Shown here: positions 52,811 to 64,000 of the stretch, in pieces | How positions within the stretch are numbered: the stretch's first letter is position 1 | Layout: every line of letters starts with the position of its first letter | From: Eledone cirrhosa | Lineage: Eukaryota | Direction of reading: 5' to 3' | Assembly: GCA_964016885.1 (NCBI GenBank) | Contig: OZ024741.1 | Coordinates: forward strand, 93,434,001 to 93,498,000 | Length of the DNA stretch: 64,000 nt | Position numbers and translations under genes: made by a program | Notes under the pieces: generated by a model | What the model was told of the DNA's origin: nothing | The model's input: the letters and a program-made list of their open reading frames with translations, nothing else | Databases searched by the model: none

Positions 52811-54868
52811 CCCTTTAGTATTTAAACCGGCTATATCTGGCCAGAATTCTCTCACCTTTCTGTTCAAACCAACCACTCATACTGATGTTAAAGTATGAAC
52901 CCTAGTTGTTTGCACAGTCCATACCATTCATATGCTCTGTAGTTTTTCACTGCCCTTGGACATAGCACATTGTAGTGTTCCCCAGTGACTGGAATTTGTT
53001 GTCAGTCCTCTTATGCCAGGTTCCCCATTTGCTTCTGTATCAAATCACTTTGCTGAGGTGACAGTTATTGGTATGCTCATTTTTCTGTAAGTATACATTC
53101 CATGTTATAGAAACTCCCAAAAGGAGTTTGACAGAAGAGATTGTCACAATAGACATGATCTTTGCCCCATATGAGGTCCTTCACAACTTTTTCCATGTCC
53201 TTGTTTAGGTTGATTTGAAACTTTATATATACATAAAAGCCATTTACATAACCATTGTGGATCAGCCTACATCCACTTTTATCCCAGGCCTTGTAGGCTT
53301 CAGTGGAATATAATGTTTGAAGCCAATAATGGGCAAGTTTAACATGATCAGGATGTCCAGGTGCTGGATTATGGGCATCATCCGAAACATGGAAATACTT
53401 CAGTTTGTACAACCTAGAACAGATTACGAAATACATGTCCTGATTAGCAACAGAAACAATTGCTATCACTATCTGAAATGCAATATAGACCCTCATTTCC
53501 AGAGCAGTTATGTTATGCCACTTCAGCATATTTGTTTTGTTTGACATCAAATCAAATTATTAAATATCCGTAAGAAAAAAAATCTTGTTCTTTCTTCTTA
53601 CAATCCAGAATTTCCTCGATGTATCAAAACTGATCACTCCACCGTTTTTAGTTAAATTCGTTAGATCGTCTTAACATTCCATGTAAAAAAAACAATACAT
53701 AAATGTCTATAAGACAGTAAGCTTGCACATACATGTACACCAGGTCCAAACTCCCAGCCATAATCCAATTTTTTGGTGCAGCATGTAACATTTAACTATT
53801 GCTATGCTAAAATTATTTATAAAACATTCCCAGATTGGTTTAACCCTTTAGCATTCGCATTAATTTTCAAACTTCATGCTTATCTGTTCGCATTACTTTC
53901 AGTTAAAAGGGCGGTGGATTGGCAGTATCGGTAGAGGGTCGGACGCCATGCTTTCCAGCATAGCTACGTCCCTTTACGATCCGAGTTCAAATCCCGCCGA
54001 GGTTGACTTTGCCTTTCATCCTTACGGGGTCGATAAAATAAAGTACCAGTAATGCACTGGGTATTTACTGGCCTTGTGCCTAAAGTAGAAACAATTATTT
54101 TCAGTTAATCATACTCGAGGGTTATCAATTTTATTTGTTTGTAATTTTGTGCAGGCTTGAAATTGTCAGTAGATGTTTAAATATCAATAATTTACAATTA
54201 TATAATTTTAACTGATTTTTTTGGTCAAATTTGACTTTTATGGGCAGGTGAAATTAATTAATAGGGGCATTTGAATTATCAACCAGGTGCAAATACTGGT
54301 TTGATTTTAAATACATTGTTTTCAGCATAATACTTGATATATAAGAATCACTAAACCTTATATCAGTGATCCAATAATTCCAGTCTTGGAAATTGTTTTA
54401 TACCGAATATATTTACGTTCAAAAATGCTTGCATTTCCGCCGGTCGCCACAACAGATCGGGTTTTCCTTGATTTGAAATCTGTTGTTGGGCATATCAATT
54501 AATCTCTTCTGCCACAACTTCGAAGAAAGTTTGTGGTAAAAACAAAAAGAAATAATCCAGGGCTTTAGCATCGGGAGCTAATGTGTGTTGTGGACCAGTA
54601 TTTTGAATAAAATTGGGAACATATATTGGTGAGGTAATTTTCAACCACGTTGCTGTAATATTTTCAATGGCGACCTTCGTTTTCACTTTCAGAAAAATAA
54701 ACATCAAATTCATTTGAGATAAATCACTAATATTATCGTCCAGCCGTATCTGATCACCCATACTGATGTTAAGGTATTGTTCTCAAAATCTGATACGATA
54801 TTATGTGAGATAAAGCCTTTACCATGAAAATACAATAGTATATATAGAGTAATGTAAATGCTAAAGGG
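52811..54868 (-). mobile_element. decayed piggyBac transposon with transposase remnants and nested inserts
   Basis: CCCTTTAG termini, TTAA on the right; remnants LDYFFLFLPQTFFEVVAEEIN (54495-54761) and EMRVYIA...YFHVSD...HVYCDNLF (53077-53550). Confidence 0.75.
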
Positions 54869-55591
54869 TTAAACTAAGAATAGTTTTAGTAATTAGAATA
54901 TCATTTGGCATTAATTACATGTGGATCTGTGGTCAGATCACTACTCAAACATTAACCATCAAATATCTACAACGATGCATGTTGCACGTTTCAAGAAATT
55001 CTATATTAATATTTAAAAAAAATCTTAGTGCTGCTGTCACACAGCCCAGACTATAACAAATATCTGATAACCCTTCAGCATTTAAACCGGCCAGAATTTT
55101 TTCACCTCTTTCTGTTGAAACCGGCCACTCATACTTATGTTAAGGTATTGTTCTCAAAAGAAATAATATCAGAATCTCATAGATTCGATATTATGTGAGA
55201 TAAAGTGTTTACCATGAAAATACAATAGTAAATATAGAGTAATGTAAATGCTAAAAATAACAGCTCAACTCCTTTTGTTTCAGTTACTAACTTTGGCCAA
55301 GCTCATATAATGAAGCATGTAACTTTTTACACCCCTCCCAACAATCAGCGTACTAACTCAGCTCAATTGTTTCTCGAAATTCTAGCTGAACCTAACAATA
55401 CTATAAATGCTAGTAGTCTCTAAAACCCCACACCACCACTAATATAAGTCAATGTATTAACGTAAAATCAATATTGTTTGGTATATAGCAATATCTCACA
55501 GGTCCTGCACCATCTTAGTGTCATAGATTGCTTCTACTACAACTCCAATCTTAGCAATGAAACAAAAACAACTTTGAAATAGTTTTTCCAA

Positions 55592-55597
55592 TTTATT
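55592..55597 (-). terminator. RPL8 polyadenylation signal AATAAA
   Basis: AATAAA about 30 nt after the stop codon, followed by a GT/T-rich tract. Confidence 0.75.
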
Positions 55598-55628
55598 TTC
55601 CTTCTGTACAAGTTTAACGGATCTCAGT

Positions 55629-55706
55629 CTATTCTTTATCAACCTTTCCAGTGGCTTGTTTGGAACCTCGGAGACGACCAGTACGACGGGCAGCAATAAG
55701 ACCAAC
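55629..55706 (-). CDS. RPL8: RPL8 last coding exon
   Basis: VGLIAARRTGRLRGSKQATGKVDKE then TAG; the exons sum to 780 nt = 259 aa plus stop. Confidence 0.96.
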   Translation of the reverse strand, partial: VGLIAARRTGRLRGSKQATGKVDKE

Positions 55707-55945
55707 CTGGAAGAAAAGAATCAATTTAGACACACAAGAAGGAAAACCCATAACCAACATATGTTGACTCCAAACTCACAAGGAATGTACAGGTCACAAC
55801 ATTGCCAGCCAGTCAGCCACCACACACACAGCGAAACCACCCCAAATTGATACCTGGATAGTTTAATAAGCCATTCCAAAAACTCAAATAAAACTCAAAT
55901 TTATAACAAAACGTGAAGAACAAAGTCCAGCAACTAATTCCAGTC

Positions 55946-56006
55946 AACATACTCAGTAATAGCCATCTACATATATTTAGGTCAGTGAAGAAATTTGACA
56001 CAACAT
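55946..56006 (-). pseudogene. degenerate SNORD37-like copy (copy 1)
   Basis: D box and 3' flank kept; C box lost, D' is CTAA, 2-nt deletion in the guide. Confidence 0.65.
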
Positions 56007-56820
56007 TGACCTCAGTAGTTGTAAACTGGTACATATTTTATGACTTTAGAAGGCAAAGTGGACATGGAATAAACCACGTCATGTTCAGCCTGTTAACGTT
56101 TTTTATACCAAGTTCTACAATACAAAAATACTTATATTTATCTAAAACCATCCATTATAATTGTATGCAAGAACCATTAAGTTATGCTCCAAAGAGTAGC
56201 TCAACAATCAGAAAGTTGTATTACTAAATCCTCAAAATTCTTGATTTTAACTGAATATATGGAAATGAATAGGTTAAAAAACTTGAGCAGGAGATATCTC
56301 ATGAAAGCTAAAAGATGAATAAGGTGCTTATCTTAGTGATTTAAAAAACACCAGCATTACTATATAAAAACGGAATACAGCTTAAAGAGCTTGCAGAATT
56401 GTTTAAGCATTTACCAATATGCAGATGTTTACCAAATCCCTAAACAGAGTAATCTTAAAGAGTCTTCAGTCATGAATAATCATGGGTTTTGCACATAGGA
56501 AGTTCCCTTATGAAGCACAAGCCCAAGTCACCCATACATACCAGTCTCCCCTCTCCGTGCCACTGATGTTGTCCAAGGGAAAGTTAAATACTGGATACAG
56601 CCTAGCACTACTGACGTTGCAACTCGTTTCCGAAGTTGAGTGAACTGGAGCAACATGAAATAAAGTGTCTTGCTCAAGGACACAATGCATCACTCAGTCC
56701 AGGAATTGAATTCACCTCATGCTTGTGAATCTAACAACACTACACATAACAGCTTAATCTATTTACAAAAACAAGTAAAAACCCCATGTGAACATGCAAG
56801 GCAGTATTAAATTCCAGTTA

Positions 56821-56897
56821 ACATACTCAGAGTATTAACCATCTACATCAAAAGATTCAGGTCAAAGTGAAGAATTTTTTTCCTCATCACAGCATGT
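56821..56897 (-). ncRNA. SNORD37: box C/D snoRNA, SNORD37-like (copy 2)
   Basis: All four boxes, 6-bp terminal stem and 14-nt 28S guide intact. Confidence 0.88.
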
Positions 56898-57388
56898 CAT
56901 GAAACTAAAAATTTGGATTGCTATCAAATTTAAAAGAGGCAATATTACTATTGCTGTGAAACAAAGAAAAGTATCTGAAATGTTGAGATATTTCCTGAAA
57001 TCTAAAAATATTTATCAGGCCTACATCTACTTATTACTTAGGGAATGAAACTAAGATTTAACCCCATTTACCTATAAGCAAACAATCCAACATATTAGAT
57101 AACAACCCCAACCCAATACCAAAATGTAGGCCAGCAACTAAACACTATTTCCTTTTTTCAGGTATTGAATATGTCTATGTGCCGCTGTTTTACCAACAAA
57201 GACTAGACTGTAATTTGAGAGAGATTTTAACTGCCATATCTAACAAATCAAGCAACCTTGTAGATATCATCCCATTTTAGATTAACCTAGCTGCTTAAGT
57301 TATCTAGTTACAAATTCACAAATATACCAATGTTAAACATTTCTAAACAATATGTGGCAATATAAAAGCACTAATTAGATTCCAGTTA

Positions 57389-57465
57389 ACATACTCAGAG
57401 TATTAACTATCTACAACAAAAAATTCAGGCCAAAGTGAAGAATTTTGTTACTCATCACAGCAGGT
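57389..57465 (-). ncRNA. SNORD37: box C/D snoRNA, SNORD37-like (copy 3)
   Basis: C, D' and D boxes intact; guide TTCTTCACTTTGGC (A>G, still G-U pairs); C' altered. Confidence 0.75.
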
Positions 57466-58071
57466 CATGAAATCAAAAGGATCTTGTGAATGATTGCTTT
57501 CAGCATCAAAATAAGCAACATACATTAGTGAAAAGACTACCTGAAATTGCCACAAGATATATCTTGAAATTTAAACTTATCTAACCACAACTGTTTGAAA
57601 GTATTTATATTTATCTAAAAATCTGTCAATTTTATACCAGAACCATTGTTAAATTTTGCTCCAAACAAAGATGAGAAAGTTATTTTTGTAGAAATATGTC
57701 AATGAAAGGGTTGAGTAAGCTTATTTCTGAAACCAAACTGATCTATTATTTAAGGACAACGGATCATTAAAATTTAGGCACATTTATCTATAAACAAATG
57801 GTCTAATGTGATAGATAACAGCAACCCCTACTGAAGTTATCAAAGCTTCATTTATTGTTTACATGAAGGCCAGCAACTGAACAGTATTTCTTTCGGGCCT
57901 TACATATGCCCCCCCCCCCAAAACAACAACAACAAGGCCTAACTGGTGTGCCATATCTAGCAAGTCAAGGCACCTTGTATACACAATCCCACCCCTAGAC
58001 TAAATAAATTAGTCTAATTACAAATGTTAAATGGGCCCAAACAATGTGATGCAGTCATTATATTCCAGTCA

Positions 58072-58149
58072 ACATACTCAGAATATTTAACCATCTACAT
58101 CAAAAGATTCAGGTCAAAGTGAAGAATTTTGTTACTCATCACAGCATGT
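58072..58149 (-). ncRNA. SNORD37: box C/D snoRNA, SNORD37/U37-like (copy 4)
   Basis: Stem ACATGC/GTATGT, C box GTGATGA, guide TTCTTCACTTTGAC before D' CTGA, C' TGATGT, D box CTGA. The guide is complementary to conserved 28S GUCAAAGUGAAGAA. Sense to the host intron. Confidence 0.88.
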
Positions 58150-58904
58150 TATGTTTGGAAATAAATCAAAAAATTTATGAAGATAGGGAATCATGTTGGA
58201 TGGCTATCAACATTGAAACCTTGATTAACTCAAGGTCCTGTATCACATGAAACTGCATCAGCAAGATATTATTGAAAAGTTTATACCACATCAAAATTTT
58301 AAGTCTTTACGATAATACTGTGAATTTTTAGTGATTTGTTCACAAGTAAACAAACTGTAAACATTTGAATTAAACTTTTTTTTATTTTCTTCTAAATTAT
58401 TACTAGACGTTAAAAGATGATAGACATGAAAATAAATCTTAGGACTTATAACATCTTGTAATGATTTAGCAGACAATATCTAAAAGTGTGTTTGATTCAA
58501 ATGCCTATAGTATATGACTAAGATCATTGTGAAAATTTACAGTATTACAGTTACAAATTTTTGTAGTTGTTTATCACTATGCAAATGAGCTTATCAATAT
58601 AATGAGTTAAATGTTAACTGGTTCTGTTGCTCCATTTGCAAGCTTTACAAAAATCTAAAAGTCTATGGCTTTATTCAATGTTATATGAGCCATGGTGCTG
58701 TTTTTTGACAACTACCCTGTAGTGTTGACTATATAGCCAATAAGGCCTAGTGCAAAGATTAATCAGTCCAAATTACATATTGAATCAATCTAATTCATGT
58801 GATTAGCAAATGATAGATTTAACTCCATTCATCCATATCAAAGAATCATTTTGGCTAACAGCAACTCCAGAGCATCAAGACAAAACAATATCAAATAGAA
58901 ATAC

Positions 58905-58991
58905 CTTTCGACCGGCAGATGTATCTCTCCGTACTGTTGAAGCTTTACCAATATGCTGATGGTTACCACCTCCGTGAGGATGCTCAACAGG
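58905..58991 (-). CDS. RPL8: RPL8 coding exon 5
   Basis: [29 protein letters not shown]; AG/GTATTT. Confidence 0.97.
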
Positions 58992-59490
58992 CTGAGGAAG
59001 AATAAAATAAAAAGTCATCAACAACAGATCAGTGGGCCAAAGACATTTAATACCCAACCACCTGGTTCTTCAAAAAAAATAAATCTTAACAAAATGTGAC
59101 CTATTTTCTTATGTTACAAATATTTTAATAATTGTTTCTATTTTAGGCACAAGGCCAGCAATTACCCAGTACATTACTGGTACTTTATTTTATCGACCCC
59201 GTAAGGATGAAAGGCAAAGTTAACCTCGGTGGGATTTGAACTCAGATCATAAAGGGACGTAACTCTATGCTTCAAAGCATGGTGTCCGACTCTCTACCGA
59301 TACTGCCAAAATGAAATAATTTTAGCAACCCCTCCCCCCCAATCATTTATATTAAGTGCACTTCTTAGAAGTATAGTCATAAAGGGTTAACGACAAATTT
59401 TCATTTAACTAAATGCTTCCAAATCCTTGATTATTTTTCAAATTAATTAAAACTAATAAAAAAAAATATGGTTATAAAAGCTTAACTTAC

Positions 59491-59606
59491 GTTCATAGCA
59501 ACACCTCTGACTTTTGGCCAACAGTTCTTCTTAGCCTTGTATTTATAATAAGCACGACCAGCTTTCAAAAGTGGTTTATCAATACGTCCACCACCAGCAA
59601 CAATAC
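59491..59606 (-). CDS. RPL8: RPL8 coding exon 4
   Basis: [38 protein letters not shown]; AG/GTAAGT. Confidence 0.97.
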
Positions 59607-60051
59607 CTACAAATATCACAACAACCATGTATTGCATATAAAACATTGAGTGAATACCACAAATGGAAACTGCTTTAAAACAATAATGCCACCTTGCCCC
59701 TTCCATTTCCCAAAATGAAAATAAGGAGACTAAAATCTTCATATTTTATGCTTTTATTAACATCCTGTAAACAAGAAATCACACTAGCAAGACATTCTTA
59801 AGTACAAAACAACATCATGGCTGCATTACATTAACATTTTTTTACCAACAAGCATTTGTCCATTAGTAAAAAAATACTATAAATATTTGAATTAACAAAC
59901 CTATTTTTACTAAATCATTACAGGATGCTAAGAGTTTAAGAACGTGGGCCATGAGTTACAACTATAAAAGGCTCCTTGAGTACACACTATATGGTTAACC
60001 ACAATTTATCCAACATATATATCAAAAGCATTTGTTGCCATTTCTACTCAC

Positions 60052-60270
60052 CTATCATAGCACGATTGGTTGAAGGAACAACTTTCTTTGAACCTGATGG
60101 TAACTTAATACGAGTTTTCCTACTTTCCAAATTGTGTGAAATGACTGTAGCATAATTGCCCGAAGCTCTAGCTAGTTTTCCACGGTCTCCTGTCTTCTCT
60201 TCTACGCTACAGATAATAGTACCCTCAGGCATTGCACCAAGAGGAAGAATGTTTCCAACCTGTAGTGTAG
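60052..60270 (-). CDS. RPL8: RPL8 coding exon 3
   Basis: [47 protein letters not shown]...[13 protein letters not shown]; AG/GTGAGT. Confidence 0.97.
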
Positions 60271-61089
60271 CTTTAAAATAAAAAAAAAACATTAAAACAG
60301 TCAATATAGTTAAATAGGGTAAATACATTGATTCCTTATTTAGGTCCAAGGCCAACAAATTGAATTTAATTAACCCCAATACTTAACTGGTACTTCATGA
60401 AAAGGCAAAGTCGAGTTCTGCAGGAATTAAACCGAACTGAGCAGTAACTAATTACTGCAATTGAATTTATTCAATGCTCAATCAACCCACTTAAATGCGT
60501 GTATTTATGTTTTTGTATTTTGGCAATTGAGTATTTGAATGTAATTTAATCCTTAACTCACCAGGCTGTGAAATATATTTAAAATTCAAAACCAAAACGA
60601 CCGCCATGTGTTAGACATACTCAAATGACTGTAAATACTAGATTTTCAAGAGTGAATTCTCTCAACCATGCTAACAATACAATTACAGTAATTTCGAACT
60701 ACCATTGTCAAGTATTCCATTAACTTCAAAAACTTTCATGGTATCAAAAATATCTATTACTTCCAACCACCGTTGTGCTTCAGTTGAGATAGTATATGGA
60801 AATATCTTGCTCCTATTGAAGAACACATAGGGTAAACTCTACAATATGCAGAGAAAACAACTCAGTGTAGAGATACATACAAAATAGAAGTATTAGAGTA
60901 CTCTCACTTTCTATATTATTTTGTATGATGATTTGCAAACAATATAATATTTATTGCAAAGAGCTGTCTTCCATTACTTCCGCTTCCATTTTTTTTTCTA
61001 CCTACGCTGAACAAAAAAAAAAAAAAAAAAAGTCATTTTCTAAATAACAATTAAATGGTTAAAATAATGTGAAATATTTAATAATTTAC

Positions 61090-61231
61090 CCTTTTTGCCA
61101 CAGTATATGAATTGTCCAGTATATAATCCTTCAGCACAGACAAAGGTTTCAGTCCTTCGTTTGTAACGGTAAGGATCTCTAAAGCTGACACGAGCTAGGG
61201 GAGCCCCGCGGCCAGGGTCGTGGAGGATGTC
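61090..61231 (-). CDS. RPL8: RPL8 coding exon 2
   Basis: [47 protein letters not shown]; AG/GT boundaries. Confidence 0.97.
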
Positions 61232-62560
61232 CTGAAATATAAACATTTATGGAATAAAGTACTAAACAGATATTTTTTAAATCCTAAAAAAGAAAACCAT
61301 GCACTAACTTATAATAATTTTAATCCACCCACCACACTGCAATTATTCAGCAGGGCAGTGTTTCTTTTCCTATGCTTTTCGTGCTTTCAACGAATCTGAC
61401 CTCAAAACCGCCAGCAAGTAACAAAACGTGAACCATATGCATGTTCACCTATCGGCACTACAACGGAATTGGCTGACAGAAGTGAAAGTAGAAGAATGTG
61501 ACGTCAATCGTCAAACCTTCGTTTATTTCCGTATCACCACCACCACGTGTAAATAAATAAACTTGAAATCACCACGTTGATGCAAAACTTGGTTTTCACT
61601 TTGGGATAATACACGTATTTTCAACTTGAAAAATATGAATTCTACATTATACCCCAGCGTAAATGGAATTAATCATCGCTACCGCCACTACAGCAGATAC
61701 CATTAATTGGTTGAAAAAACATGAACTTAATCCTGTATGTTATTAAAAGGTTTCTGAGTAGTACAGTAAATTAAAGCCTTTACGAAGGGAACTATGCAAT
61801 GAAAGTATTTTTAATAAGTGTATCTTATCGTAAACGTATCTTTTAGAAATTCATTAATGGCTGGGTAAACCCTTACACTTTAAAACAAAATTACAAACCA
61901 ATTATGTGGTCATTGAAGTTGCTAGAAATAGCAGACAAATCTTATACCCTCTACCACATTAAAAAAAGAAATAACGAAAACGGGAGTAACTCGTTAATTT
62001 TTATTGAAATATTCGAAGCGTTACTGCTTCGGACGTGATAAAAAGGAAATTATATAGAGAATTTTAAATATTTCGAAAGCACAAGCAATCGTCAAGGACT
62101 TTATATACTAATTCCTTTCTTTCTGTGTTCATGGCAGCTGAGTATCAACCATCCATAAATAATTTTTACCCGCTAAGAATCTCAATGGGGAAAATTTTCA
62201 GTTTCTGCCACTATTACAAAACAAGGTTATCTTGTAGTTACCCGCATTAAATTATTTTTTTTAAAAGTCGGTAGTGTCGGCCCCATGAACTTCATTTGTT
62301 TTCTAATTTGATAACTATGACTATGGTGGTGGTGGTGATACGGAAATAAACGAAGGTTTGACGATTGAGAAGGTTGAAGAGCACTAAACTAGTCATGCCA
62401 AATGCATCTTTAGTGTTCTTTCTGTAGAAACCAATAACAGTCACAATTAAATAGCTAGTAACTAAGAGGCGCCATAGTAATCGATATATAGTTTTAAATG
62501 AGGATGGAGAAATATGGAGTAGAACAGATTATTGTAAGGTTCTGTTGATCATTTACTTAC

Positions 62561-62698
62561 CCGGACCACACCTTTAATAAAACCATGACGTTCTGCAAAA
62601 TCAATAGCACGAAGCTTAGCTGCTCCCTTTCTGTGTTTGGTGTGGGCACGGAAGACGCTTCCAGCTCCCTTACGTTGGGACCTAATAACTCGTCCCAT
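62561..62698 (-). CDS. RPL8: 60S ribosomal protein L8 (uL2), first coding exon
   Basis: [46 protein letters not shown]; acceptor at 62707-62706 (7 nt of UTR, so a non-coding exon lies upstream); GTAAGT donor. Confidence 0.97.
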
Positions 62699-64000
62699 CT
62701 TGCGTCTGAAAAACAAAAGTTTACAAAACGATAAAAATTAATATGTAATGTCAACTTTATTATGGTATGTGGAGGTACATTAATTATCTGGTCGGATTTA
62801 CGAAAATTTCCGTACGTATAAATTCTAAGGGCATGTAATTCATTACATTTGTAACACGTTTTTAATGAAATCCTTTAGTTCTTTTTTGTTCGTTGTAGTA
62901 TATGTATTTTTGAAGTTATCGAGCGTGCGGTATCCCATTATTTGCAGTTTAGTCAACGACACTGCTCCCGTGATAAATATATTGCTAGCACAATGTGGTG
63001 TAAATTCATACAAAACAGTACTTAACACATAAGACAATATCTCTCGTTTACTCAATTTCAAGAGAGGGTAATATTTTGACTTTATTGCATAGATGCTGAC
63101 CAATAGTGTTTAAACAGTAACTAATTATCTAAAAACAATGTAATCTATAAGAACATACTCGCCTGCCAACCAATAATATATTTTAATAGTAATCAAATTG
63201 CAAAATTAAAAAAAATATGCTATAAATAAAAATAATTGTTTCTACTTTTGGCACAAGGCCAGCAATTACTAAGTGCATTACTGGTACTTTATTTTATCGA
63301 CCCCGGAAGGATGAAAGGCAAAGTTAACCTCGTTAAATAAAAATAATAACGACAGATTCAAATATGAAATTTTACACAGGATGCATTTGAAATTCTTTTT
63401 CACATTTAATTTCACTATAAAATCGGAATATTTGAGCCTCAAATTGTTTAGCAATGATAGCTCGACCCTGATCGAATGAACTAGCGATCAAAGACGTTCC
63501 AGCTTTGACCACCATCCCGATTTCAAATATATATCTAAGACTATATGGGGTGATTAAAACGGGATGAGTGCTATTTCTAGCAGGTCGAACGAACAACCGC
63601 AATAAAGTACACACGCTGGCAGGTTGATTTCTAAAGTGTTGCGGATAACGCCAGATTCTAGAAAATATAGGTTTTATTTAACTACATAATATATTTCTTC
63701 GAAAGATATTCCAAGACATAGTATGCTCGGAAAATATAATTTTTAACAAGAGATTAGTCAAACGTGTATAATTCAAAGGAACCATACATAACTGTATAGA
63801 TCCAAGAATTGTGTAGATATTTCACGATTTATGCATATAAAATTAAACCAGCGAAATGATAATAAAAATAAAGTATTATAAGTATATTTTAAAGATGTGG
63901 GTATACGCTTTGCCGATTATATGAACGAATTATAAATTGGACACATGTAATATTTTAAGTTAATAAATATAATCGCAATAGTACCTGTGCTTAAAATCTT

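Noticed and set aside
56831-56844. Second (D-box) guide in the snoRNA copies
   Set aside because: It varies between copies, and I recognise no rRNA or snRNA complement.
63985-64000. Possible RPL8 non-coding first exon (CAG|GTAC donor at 63984)
   Set aside because: Weak donor, and no TOP-like start is visible within the window.

Overview
AT-rich, microsatellite-dense animal genomic DNA. The SINE, MITE and Penelope-like repeat content suggests an octopus-like cephalopod, but this is inference only. Two spliced host genes lie on the minus strand. LDHD (mitochondrial D-lactate dehydrogenase) has 6 coding exons from ATG 36394 down to 4618, continues past the left edge, and has a ~24.5 kb first coding intron full of transposons. 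RPL8/uL2 has a complete CDS (6 coding exons, 62698-55629, 259 aa), and its last intron holds four tandem SNORD37-like box C/D snoRNA copies. The rest is transposon-derived: three Gypsy LTR elements (one young and nearly intact, with a -1 frameshift pseudoknot), a Naiad-type Penelope-like element, CR1/L2, RTE and CRE LINE fragments, a decayed piggyBac with its MITEs, Tigger and mariner MITEs, and many tRNA-derived SINEs. The most notable signal is a non-coding tandem plus inverted array of ~0.5 kb units just upstream of LDHD (37450-39953). It carries five minimal type I hammerhead ribozymes and resembles a retrozyme or Penelope pseudo-LTR array. Three further unrelated hammerhead motifs occur elsewhere in the window. 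All calls were made by eye with no database searches.
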